Positions 1-11,232 of a stretch of DNA of 64,000 nt are shown in pieces (position 1 is the first letter of the stretch; each line of letters starts with the position of its first letter). Source of the stretch: Trichosphaerium sp. ATCC 40318. Its lineage: Eukaryota > Protista > Tubulinea. The stretch covers positions 62,001 to 126,000 of the forward strand of contig JALMLS010000268.1 in NCBI GenBank assembly GCA_038496445.1. Direction: 5' to 3'. Under the pieces are notes generated by a model. It saw only the letters and a list, made by a program, of their open reading frames with translations. It made no database searches and was not told where the DNA came from. The position numbers and the translations under genes are program-made.

Positions 1-363
1 TCATAGGTTCGTATTTTGTTGTTCCTTTTTGTTTGAAGTCAGTTGATTTAATTCGCTTTGTTTTAAGGAGTGCTATCCACATTTATGTGTTTCAAAAGTC
101 ATTGGTTGTACTGACGTTATATTAACGTCACAAGGAAGTGTTAAAAGTTGTAAATAAAAAGTACTAAATGAGATGTACTCAGTCGAACTTGGTCGCCACT
201 TGACTAGGTTATCACTAAATTCGACACATGCAAATCACAGGTTGCACCAAGTATCTAATGCGTAGTAATCCCTTACGTGATTAAATGAACGTAACAGTGG
301 AGTTGTGGTGCACTAAACAGTTAAGTGAGTGTCAAAGCTTGTGTACTAAGCCAAGTATTCGAA

Positions 364-3330
364 ATGCCGCCAAAGAGAGTATCAAAGCGTAAAAAGAAAG
401 CTAGTAAATCTAAAAGCAAACCTGACCCTGCCAACAACTCGCCAGATGAGATAGTGCTTCATATACAAAGTTACGTGCCTTTTAAAACTCGTAGTAATTG
501 CGCTATCGTAAACGTACGTAAAACTTTGTTAAATCGCTTAAAAATAAACTACTTCATTATTCCTGGAACTCCTTTTGTGTTTTTCGCCCAACAAACGTTT
601 TTAATTTTATCGAAATTTCAAAAAAAATCACGCTTGACTAACGTGACTTTCAGAAACAATGGCATCGCGTGTCACGTACGAAAAGCTTGGGATGGGTTAA
701 TATATTATCTATTGGCAAGTTTGGAAAAGCAAGGGCGCCTTTTAAGCCTCCAGACAAGGTGCGTGAACGACTTCGACAAATGAGTGTTTTCGCCATATTT
801 TTTTTCTTTCACGTATGTTCTTTGCATATTGATGATCTTGTTGTACGTAGGATTCTTCTGAAGAACGTAAAGACGGGCTGTTGTATAAAAAGAAATATGA
901 ACCGCCAAAGAAATTGAAAATGTATCGATCTAAAAAAGCAGCTTATTTTGGCTTTGTGGAACCTTCTTATCTTCAGGTACAATTTATTTTTAAATTCTAG
1001 TTTAATATGTTTTCTAAAACGAAATTGTGGTACTCTTTATTGAAATACCAATAAACTCTGAAGCACTAAACTTCCAAAAACAATCAAAAGTGCAAAATTC
1101 TTTTCTCCATTTTTTTTTGTTGTAGCTGTCATCGTTCTGAAGTGTAATATTTTTACCTTACTTATTGTACACTTGTAAGATTGATTTACATACGTGACTA
1201 TAATAGTGTAACAGATCAACAACGTTAGTTTATGAACGTAGAACAGCTACACATTCAGAATTTTTTTTTTTTTCACATGTTTTTTTTTTGATAGATTACT
1301 AACAGTTTACCACAAGTTCTATGATGAAAATGATCTTCCACTTCGTTGTTTTAATCTTCAATGGGATAACATCCAATTATTTAAATCAAATGATTGGAAG
1401 AGTCTTCGTGAACATGTTGGCCTGTGGCGTTTTAAAATCGGAACTGGACATAAAATAGATATGTACATAAACTGGACATGGTACGATGTACTCTTTGCTT
1501 CAAGTTACATTCCCCTTTATCACAGATTAGACACAAGAAAATTATGAGAATGGCTTTATTGTTTGCTAAGTTTTTTCTAGTCTTGAAGATTTGGTTTCTG
1601 CTGGGCAACCCATACCTGGTATAAAAGGGATGATGACAATACTCCGAAACGAGATTGCAAAAAAGAAGAAAAATATATACATGCAGTTCGCTGTAGTAAG
1701 TAGTTGACAAAACACCCTTCTTTGAGTTTCTCAAATTCTGACCAACTTTTTTTTGTTGTAGGGACAATATATCACTTGGAAAAAACCAACACTTTGCTTT
1801 GATATTGCTTCAAACGTAATAATAACAGCAGAAATGGTATGAGGTTATTAAATAATAATTTTAAGGGATGTATTAGGCGTCACTTATTGGGCATGGTAAA
1901 ACATCGCAGTATTGTTGTGGTGGAAAACTAGCAGGAATCAAACCTGTTACTATATTTTATGAGGATGTAGAAGGAAACAGTTCATTCTTTACTCTACCTG
2001 GAGAAGGTAAAGACATTGTAAAGATGGCCGAAGCATGTCAACCTGCAACCTTCGGGAAAGGTACCACATTCTTTTGAACCCACACTTTTTTTTCCTTCAT
2101 TTTGCCTTACTTACCATTTGTTAAGGTTCAGAGGAAGTTCTAGATAAAGAGTATAGAAATGCGCTTACCCTTAAACCTGAGAGATTTGCTACAAACTTTC
2201 ATCCATCTGAACACGGTATTATAGAGCAAGTACGTTCATTGGTGTTAATTGTTTTTTTTGTGGTATGGATCTAATTGTGTTTTTTTCAGATTCAGTCGAG
2301 TTTAGCTCCAGAGTGTACCGTCTCATGCAAGCTTTACAAGATTAACGTGTACCCTAAAGGTGGTAAGTTTAAAGCGCATGTTGATACACCACGTGGGGAT
2401 AACATGTTCGGTTCTCTTGTTGTTTGTCTTCCAGTATCTTTCTCAGGCGGTACACTTCACGTCAGACACAAAAACGAAGAGTCTGATTTTGATTGGTCTA
2501 ACAAAAAGTCAAAGTCAATCAAATGGGCTGCTTTCTATTCTGATTGTGAGCATGAGATTGATTGTGTAGAAAGCGGATGGCGCGTTACTCTGACTTATTT
2601 ATTAAGTAAGAATGGAAAGAAAGCTGATCTTGTATTACAACCTGGTCAACCAGTTTATGATAGATTTAGCCAGTTGACCAAATGTAGAAGCTGTCTACCT
2701 GGTGTACACGTGTTTTTCCTGTTTATTTTATGTAGTACTGATACGTGTTTAGGGTGGAAAACTGGGGATGCCTTTAGCTCATATGTACCCTAGTTCGAGT
2801 GCAAAGGTAGATCCAAAAACCATGTTGAAAGGAGAAGATGCATTTTTATATGCAGCTATTAAACAACTTGGATATAATGTTAAAGTATATGGTGTTGTTA
2901 TTACTGGAAGAGACAAAGAAAAGACATACTTAGTAGACCCTTCAAATATTGAGTATCCAAAGGGATATGATTATTGCATCGAATCAGACCAAGATACACA
3001 AGAATTTATGAAGGTTTGTTCAGCAAAAAAGATATTTTTTTACCCATAGTCAAAGCTTTTTTCAGCGTGGACTGAACTTTGAATTTTAAGTGTTATTTGT
3101 TTTAAAACTCAAACGTTTTCCCTGCAATAGGTTTTTTTTCTGACCGTTTTTAGTCAACGTTGTTTGCTACACAAGCGAGTAGTATACTTTGGTGCTCTAA
3201 ACTCGGTGCTGCTTCTCAGTTATTAGGTGTTACTGCAAGCTATGGTAATGAACCGGGTACTAACAACCTATATATGAGCTTTGCTTTGGTAGTAGAAATG
3301 CCTGATATTGATGAACGACAAAATATGTAA
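364..3330 (+). CDS. Multi-exon F-box + 2OG-Fe(II) dioxygenase (prolyl-4-hydroxylase-like) protein
   Basis: Exons 1+2 splice to SPDEIVLHIQSYVPFKTRSNCAIVN|KQWHRVSR (F-box). Later exons give CQPATFGKG..EEVLDKEYRNA, LYKINVYPKGGKFKAHVDTPR (HxD) and WAAFYSDCEHEIDCVESGWRVTLTY (distal H and R). Stop TAA at 3328-3330. The middle exons (about 1000-1600) are less certain. Confidence 0.7.
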
Positions 3331-3618
3331 AACACAAATACATCTTGAATAAAAAACTAGCAACCTCAGCACCTTTCTTTCGTAAATATGACTCAGTAAT
3401 ACGTTTTGTGATGTTGCAAGGGCACTTAAACTAGTGATAAGTACAACCTAAGTTTATCAAGTGTAGGTTTGAGTATATTTTTTGTAACGTTAAGCATTTG
3501 ATGTTGGAATTGACTTAGCGTCATCAGACCTTGAACGAGCGAAACCACAGCCAGAAAAAAAAGAAGATTGCGGAATACTTAATTTATTAGATGGTGGTAA
3601 ACAAGTGGGCGATAAATG

Positions 3619-4378
3619 TCAAACATTTGCGTCACAGATGGTAGGGAGCTACAGCAAGAGTGAGGTAAAGACAAAGTTCACATTTTTTTTTTGTGAAGAA
3701 AAGTTGTGTACCGAGAAATCTGCCTTTGTTGGCGTTTGAAGATGTTTGATTACATTCATTAAAGTAGCTTCTGTACCTCCGTTATTCGGAAGTGTTGCAT
3801 TTGTAATTATTTTTTCTGGTCTTCCTAACGAGCAAAGTAAGTTACTTTGACTTCTACCTTCAAAATCTATTGAAAAACTCCTACCTTGGCTATCAACGAA
3901 TACAACAGCAGATGTTTCAGCATTCATAAACTCACAGTGAGATACAAACATGTCGCCTTCCTTCTTCCATGGACAATCATAACTTTGCTGGGTATAGTGT
4001 TGACAAGCGCCTGAAAGTATCATGTAGATAGTAGTCTAAAAAATCAGTCAAAAAAAATCACGTGACAAAAAAAGTAACGTTCATTTTGAAAACAAAAGTT
4101 TGATTAATCAGTACCTGGTCGCCGTCTTGGAACTCCCAAGTAACATGCTGTACGATTTTATCGTCCACTTTTATTGTAGCGTTAGTTAAAGCCAAAGACT
4201 TGTCTTTGTCAGTCTCCAGGTACATTAAAGTGCCAGTAAAGTCGTATATTCCTCGGTTTGGGTCTTTACCTCCACCAATAAATTCAAATGATGCTTGTTT
4301 GAATGGAAACATAGACAGTCCGTTAATATAGACGACAAAGAGAGCTAGAGCCAAGAGAAAAAAGGAGTTGTGATACAT
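3619..4378 (-). CDS. Secreted protein, possibly ependymin-related/LolA-fold; 3 exons
   Basis: Hydrophobic signal peptide MYHNSFFLLALALFVVYING, a beta-rich body, and a C-terminus PTKADFS|LPTICDANV* resembling the F-x-x-P-x-x-C end of ependymin-like proteins. Confidence 0.5.
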
Positions 4379-4957
4379 CTTTAATGTGATAGTCGAAACA
4401 ATATGGTCTGGTTTTGTTAAGTCTGTAGTACAATCACATTGATTCTAATGTAGTGACATGACGATTATGAAGAATATGTAGTGGGTTTAGGCAACCAGCT
4501 TAGAACGTGCTCCAACTTCTACTGTTTTGTGCATTCGTAAATTTGTAGATGTTCATTGAATCCTAGAGACTGACGCAGTAGGAGAGAGTGCAGTGAGAAA
4601 CAGTTGTAAGTGTCAGGTTCTTTACTAAGTGTAAATCCTAAGTGCATAATAAGCAGTTTCCAACTAAATCGTAGTTGGTACCTCATGCAGGCGTGTAGAG
4701 TTAAAAGCCTCTCATCATCGTGTTGTCTCTAGTATCAGCATCGAGTTCGAAGCTCTTCGCCAATCTTGAGCGTCTTGAAATGTATACTTGTCACCTTACT
4801 GATGGCTCATTTTTGCAACACCTTAAATCTCGTACATCCATGTTACTATCTGCCTGTCCTATGGCGAGAAAAGAACAGATTAAAGAAGTCTGGCATTGTA
4901 ATTTATATCCGACCAGAAGCCATAAAATTAGACAGAAGGAAAATTTAGTTTCAGAAC

Positions 4958-5411
4958 TCAGTTGTAGAATTAATAAGTCGAAAACTCAGGTAATCTGCAC
5001 CAACTTACTTACTTTAATTGGGAATAAAATCGCTATCAATGTAGGATAAAGCAATATAAGGCAATATGAACATACTGGTTCATTAGTATTTAATTATAGG
5101 TTGAAGATGAGACGAGTACTGAACATCAGTTTATTTACACAAGTATGGGACTGATGTACTTACTTGTTGCAACAGAGGAAGAAGCACTGTGTGATTTTTA
5201 TCGTCACTAAAAGGCAATAACAAACCCGTGAATTGGTGTCTGACCCATTGAATCAAACGTGAACTTCTTTTTTGATTGTATATTTCTATCTCAAAAAACG
5301 CTTACGATTTAACTCAATTTTTGTAATGGCTGAATGTATCGTATAGTGTTCTGGTTTGAGCCACATGGCGCATTTATTTTCTTAGCTGATAGTTACTCTT
5401 TAACTCAGCTA
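4958..5411. repeat. Direct repeat copy 1 (about 455 bp)
   Basis: Collinear with 6175-6635 from TCAGTTGTAGAAT to TTAACTCAGCTA, with substitutions and indels. Confidence 0.9.
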
Positions 5412-6174
5412 GAGCCAGATTACGTAAGCATTCCACACATGCTTATCGGCTTTAAAAGATGCTGTTAAACAAGGTAGTGGAGTGTGAGAGCATAAAATTA
5501 CGTTGTAAGCACGGAAAAAAGTACTTACTTTCAAGCAACAACTTTTTGCCTTAAAAGGAAAGTAGCAACGTAAAACTCCTTGAACACGGTTTCATGATGC
5601 CTGCACATTACACAGCCTTTTAATTGTTCCAAATATGTAGGAACTGAAGTTATAAGTGTTTTACAGGTTTAGTGGCTAAAAAAGTTAATTGCTCTTTAAA
5701 ATCAAAGAACAATACTATACAAGCGTTATTCGTGCGTAGAATATGCGTTTCCAAGCATAAAACGCTGTTTAAAACAAAAAGGCAAGAAAAAGGTATAATG
5801 CCAGGCAATGCCATCGATATTATCTAAACTATATAAACAGATCATATACTTCTGTTTCTACATAGTCACGGTTTGGACCGTTTTGGCCCTAGCCTTTAAT
5901 ATTGGTTTTACGAAAAATTCCAGGTGTAGAAAACTGGGCCATTTTTAGAAACACATAAATGTGCCAGCTAAAATACATCACTTGCAACGCATGTGAGTAT
6001 ATCGGTGGCAATAACTGAGATGTAAAATTGATTGTTTGATAACTTTGGGGAAAAAAAATGTAAGTGAGTACTTTTGGTGAAACATGCTGTAATATGAGCA
6101 AGACCGTTTGGTTTACAACTAGAATCATGCTGTGAATGCTCTATTTCGTGATCTTCTCTTGGGTAACATACTGT

Positions 6175-6635
6175 TCAGTTGTAGAATAAATAAGTCGAAA
6201 ACTCAGCTAATCCACACGTAGACTTACTTTGATTGGGATACAATCGATCTGTGTAGGATAAAGCAATACAAGTCAATAGGAACATACCTGTTCATTAGTA
6301 TTTAAAATATAGGTTGAGGATGAGACGATACTGAACGTCAGTTTGTTTACACAATAGTGGGATTGATGTCCGTCCATTGTACTTGTTGCAACAGAGGAAG
6401 AAGCACGTGATTTCTTATCGTCACACTAAATGTGAAAATTACGCAGTCGGCAGGACCGCACAGAAGGCAATAAAACCCTTGAATTGGCGTCTGACCCATT
6501 GAATCCAACGTGAAATTCTTGATTGTATCATTCTAACTCACGAGTTTGTAAAGGCTACTGTATCGTATATTGTGCTGGTTTGAGCCACATGGCGCATTTA
6601 TTTTCTTAGCTGATAGTTACTCTTTAACTCAGCTA
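6175..6635. repeat. Direct repeat copy 2 (about 460 bp)
   Basis: Matches 4958-5411; carries an extra insert around 6425-6465. Confidence 0.9.
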
Positions 6636-6679
6636 CGTCATATACAACACATGACTTACAAATACATTTTATTTTGTGA

Positions 6680-8973
6680 AAGTTTGGCCTTTGTACTTTC
6701 CATAGATTCTGTTCATGTATGTGAACACTCTTTAGGTTTGTAGTTGAACATAGCATTCACAATGTACTCCTTCGAAAACGAAATACCTGATTCATCTGCA
6801 AGATTAAATAACGCTCTTAAACAAGAATGAGAAAAGCTGGTATGTTGTGTCAATAGAAATAATCGTACTTTAAGAAAGGGAATCTTGATATGTCATATTT
6901 AGCAAATAAAAGGATAGCCACCTGAGAAAAAAAAGAAGATTAGACGTTGAATAGTAGTTGGTGTGACAAACCTTTGTAAATAGATTACCATCGTTTGATT
7001 TGATTGCGATGATACCAATATCGAGAAGAATAAATAAAGATATGGACAGTGTCAACAGCTTCGTCACCTCGTCTGTCAACTGTTCTACAACTTGCGTACA
7101 AAGCTATAAATGAACAATATTAGACATTGTCAACCACAACGTACTTGTACTCGTAGCGTTTCTGATTTTTCTCCTCTAGAATAGTGTACCAATGCGCTAA
7201 CAAACTTCAATACAATATCCCATTTTTGCCGTATTAACACGTGTGTTTTTGATAGAGATAAGTCAGCAAATTGTCGTATCTTTTCCAACTGCCTTAAGTT
7301 CTCTGTTAATACATCAGTAGTCTATACTCAACAATTAGCTAGATTTATGCTAACGATGACGAATATCGTACTAATTTCGTAAATACATTCGTAGGTATAC
7401 TACGGTTCTCACTAATGAAGCTAGGAGATGTGGTAGAAATACTGAGCCAAATCTACATCAATAAGAGATTATCTTGTTTGTTTCTTACTTTGTAACAAAC
7501 GATCCAAATCGCAAGTACTGCCTCTTGGAATGTTGGATTGGTTTTAGAAAATACATGGTGTATGTCTATCCACTGTTGTTTAACATCTGCTAGTTCCTGA
7601 CTCCTTCACAATAGCAAGTAAGACACATGATTTCTTGGATACGGTAGCAAAAAACAACGCTCACCTGTCATAAAAGAAACATGGCGTAAACTTCTTCAGC
7701 GTCGTTGTTAAACCGTGGATGCATTTACGCATTACATTAGACACATATTTATCCTGTAGGCATCCTTTAAGAATAGTGTTCACTATTTCTAACACAAAAT
7801 AAGATCGCATTCACTGAAAACACTCAACGGTACCTCCTGCTTCTTTGTGAAGGGCGATCGCAGTTTCAAAGTTTCCAGTTGTTAGACAATACTGGTATAG
7901 AGCTATAATACCACCTGGAAAAAAGTTAACCGCATTCAACGATGAAATACCAATAATTCTGGTAGCACGTGCAAACAAGGTGTGGATGTCTCTTTCTGGG
8001 TACAGTCGCTTTCGTGTTAATGGCTAATGTGTACATATCGTTTGCGTGTAATGTGTGTCCCGAGTGGTAAGCACATATTGACAGTACACTCAACAACCTC
8101 ACGAGCTCCGCTTTTTGGTACCAATCCTCTGTACTGTTATCAACTAGCTACTCACGCTGACAACGTACTGCTAACTTTTTCAAAGGGTACCAGATCTGTA
8201 GCATCGTAAGATATATGGATTGGAATCTAAGTAGACTGTAACTTGATTGAATGGTCCAATAAAAAAAGGATCGAACAATACGTGAAACTCATCGAGTTTA
8301 AAAATAAAAAATCGAATAAAAACGCACATGATAGTTGTCTAAAAGTTTCGTTTTGTAATTCTCAATCCACATCGAAACAAGAGATGTAATGTTGAGTTGA
8401 GTAGCTACCAGTCTTAGTAGCACCTGCGTTGTAGTTACGTTTTTTTTGAACAACCAAAAATAAAAAACAACAAAAAAGTGCTATTCTACCTCCTGTCGGT
8501 GTTCTATGGCGTCAGGATCATTTGCTCCCTAGGTACAGTGAGCGCTAACACGTGATCAAAATTGTAAACAAACGCATTGTACGTCAGTAGGGTACTTGCG
8601 ATGTACGTTAGTTGAGACTTGAGTGCTTTTCTCCTCAAGTTCAAGATATTTATGTTTCCAGTATTGTATTGCTTCTTCCGAAGCTTCAAGCTCTGCCCTT
8701 AAAGCTATGTGTTTGCGTAAATGCCAGAAATGTTTTTTTAGAAAAACGTGGACAATGGGTACAGATACTAGTGCTCAGTGGCATACCTGCTGTATGACTC
8801 ATGTCATTTTTTGCCGTTGTATGAGATGCCATCTCATCACGTTTCACGGCTAACTTATGCCACCGGAAATGGTGTGATTGGCCTTTAGACTTATATCTCT
8901 TCCTGCTGTGAAGTTTTGAAGAGAGAAGGTCATGTCGGGAATTTTTTACTTCTCTTTTGCGTTTAGTTGCCAT
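6680..8973 (-). pseudogene. Putative multi-exon gene or decayed pseudogene, unknown product
   Basis: Basic N-terminal ORF MATKRKREVK plus several exon-like pieces (VLLRLVATQLNITSLVSMWIENYK, GIIALYQYCLTTGNFETAIALHKEAG, QVVEQLTDEVTKLL) bounded by GT/AG. I could not join them without stops or frameshifts. Confidence 0.3.
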
Positions 8974-10015
8974 TTGATATGTTCTCTACCTATATGGCTG
9001 GTACAGTTGCTTGGCGAAGAAATCCGGCGCTTTGGGACTACACAATAGCTGTTACGGTTATCTATCACAAACTGGATTGCTTCTAAACTTGAGTAGACTA
9101 AGAAAACTTACCTGATTACGTAATATGTATCAGAATTAGTACGAATGTTGTTTTGTTGGTTACAGTTTTCGAAAAACGAGCTGCCCGTCGTATTTATTGT
9201 CCGAGTAGTCCTGATGTAGCTATCAAAAACTAGCTTCGGAAATAGTACCCGGATACCATGGCACGTTGTAGAAATACTTCTAGGTCAATTACGAGAAGCA
9301 TGAACCGAAAATATCATGATTCTGTAAAGACAGAAAAAAATCCCCAAAAATAGTGTATATTGCATGAAAATAGTCGAGTTTTCATTTATGGCTTATAGCA
9401 AAAGCTAGCTTTCGAAGATAATGCTAAGCGTCATGTGTAGGATCTTAAGTAGTTTCTTTTATTGTCAAGAAGTACTTCCAAATAAGTGAAGTTTATTTTA
9501 TTTTTTATCTTTAAAATGTGATAATCCGTCAACACCGGAGTATACGACCTAATTTGCGTATTGAACCTTTTTAGGCGTCACATACCAAGCTACAACATAT
9601 AAGGTACATGCCAATAATAAGGTAGCGCCTTAAAAAATAATTGTTTTCAAGCATTACTTGTTTTATTACGGAGTTATAAAGGTAATCAGTGTCATTTCCA
9701 AAAAAATGTTTGAAAAAGGAAGGTTCTTCTTGTACTTTCGACATTTTTCTAGCGCTAGCGTACACTAGGGCAGGTATTTTGAAGCCTTCTTGACATTAAA
9801 CCGAACAAAGAACAATACATGTGTGATGTTAAGGATTATTGTACTAAGCACTGCTAGGTGTTTGCCATAAATGAAAACTCATCTATTTTCAAAATCTGTG
9901 TCTTTTTATATTTGCCGTGTTTATTAAAACATGTTATCAAACCTCGTGCTTGTTGCTGTTTTGTTTGATAAAAGGGGATACTTTACGTACACTTCATGGT
10001 CTAGTTCAACAATAT

Positions 10016-10927
10016 CTAGCTGTTGCTATTTCTACTTACATACGTTATACCGAAAGACTCAATAGCTTCTTTTGTTATAAGGCTTGACCCTAGTATCTCC
10101 AAGTACTTCAATGATGTCATATGAGGGAAACAGTTATTCGTAATATTCCCAACGCCACAAAATACAAGTGATAGACTTTCAAGGTTTGTTAACTTCTTCA
10201 AACCATCATCTGTTATTTCTGTACACCTGGTGAGATGAAGACTTTTTACATTTATCAAGGATTTGATTCCTCTGTCTGTAATCAACACTCTTGTAAAAAT
10301 ATTATTACCTAACATAACTGTATGTACATTACAAAGGTGTTCAAGCCAAAAGTCTTTTGCATTATCATTCAAGCGTATTTTATGCACATCTTTGAGTTCC
10401 TTAATGCCTTCAACACTGATTTGCTTACAACTACAAAGACTTATCGTATGTACTCCTTTGAGTGCCTTCAATGAAACGTCTGTTATGGAAGTATTGGATA
10501 AGTTAATGTTGTAAACGGTGTGTGTTAGTCCTCCTTGTCCTTTTACAAGTGGAATGACATCTGCATCTGTAATTTTTGGATGTCTAAGAGCTATGGTGTT
10601 AACACCAAATAAATTCGCCAAATCAATTTGGGATACTGATGTTTTTACACTCAAACTAATTTTGGTGTTCTTCAGTAAGGGGCTGTCTTTTAGAACGATA
10701 CAATCTGATGATGACTTCAAATTGATATGATAGAATCCGATATTATGACGAATTATACTGTTGAAGGCGTGAGATACTGCTGAAGCTTTAATACGTTGTA
10801 TTCTGTTTAAATTACGCAACACGTGCGTTAATATCTCTGGAGGCAGTTCTTCACATTTTGAAATCATGTATGGATGGTCTCGAGTACGTTGCGATGCCAT
10901 TTGTATGTTTTTATCTTTGAGAGGCAT
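10016..10927 (-). CDS. Intronless F-box/leucine-rich repeat protein
   Basis: EELPPEILTHVLRNL..ASAVSHAF F-box followed by ITDxxLKxLxxVHTIxL-type LRRs; single 303-aa ORF; paralog of 61551-62552. Confidence 0.9.
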   Translation of the reverse strand: MPLKDKNIQMASQRTRDHPYMISKCEELPPEILTHVLRNLNRIQRIKASAVSHAFNSIIRHNIGFYHINLKSSSDCIVLKDSPLLKNTKISLSVKTSVSQIDLANLFGVNTIALRHPKITDADVIPLVKGQGGLTHTVYNINLSNTSITDVSLKALKGVHTISLCSCKQISVEGIKELKDVHKIRLNDNAKDFWLEHLCNVHTVMLGNNIFTRVLITDRGIKSLINVKSLHLTRCTEITDDGLKKLTNLESLSLVFCGVGNITNNCFPHMTSLKYLEILGSSLITKEAIESFGITYVSRNSNS

Positions 10928-11232
10928 AAGTCAACATATTTCGGGCAAAAGTGGCTCCAAATTGCGGGACTACTTGAAGTAGGTGTAACTCAAACACTAA
11001 ACAACGATTGTGACAAAACAGGGACATTGTAGTGACGAACTGTACGTAACTGCGCTCAAATTTTTGAGTTTCTGTCGTAGCGAGGAGGTGCTATCTACTT
11101 TGATCTCATATATCACGTGCGAGAAGTGTTTAGTACGCTTGATGTAGTTGACGTTACTCACTCACTATATGCATGATTAGATCAAGTAAGAATAACACAC
11201 TGACTAGCATTTTGTCAGACAAGTAAAGTCCA

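Noticed and set aside
4720-5049. Short LRR-like ORF (LERLEMYTCHLTDGSFL)
   Set aside because: It is a single repeat-like fragment running into the duplicated segment, and no full gene could be built.
4958-6635. LTR retrotransposon or TRIM interpretation of the direct repeats
   Set aside because: I saw no TG..CA termini, primer-binding site, polypurine tract, target-site duplication or gag/pol remnants.
6680-8973. Stop-codon reassignment to explain interrupted frames
   Set aside because: TAA, TAG and TGA all terminate well-supported genes in this window; introns or decay explain the stops.
9000-9990. Possible ncRNA or small gene in the intergenic gap
   Set aside because: No recognisable tRNA, rRNA or snRNA motifs and no convincing coding signal.
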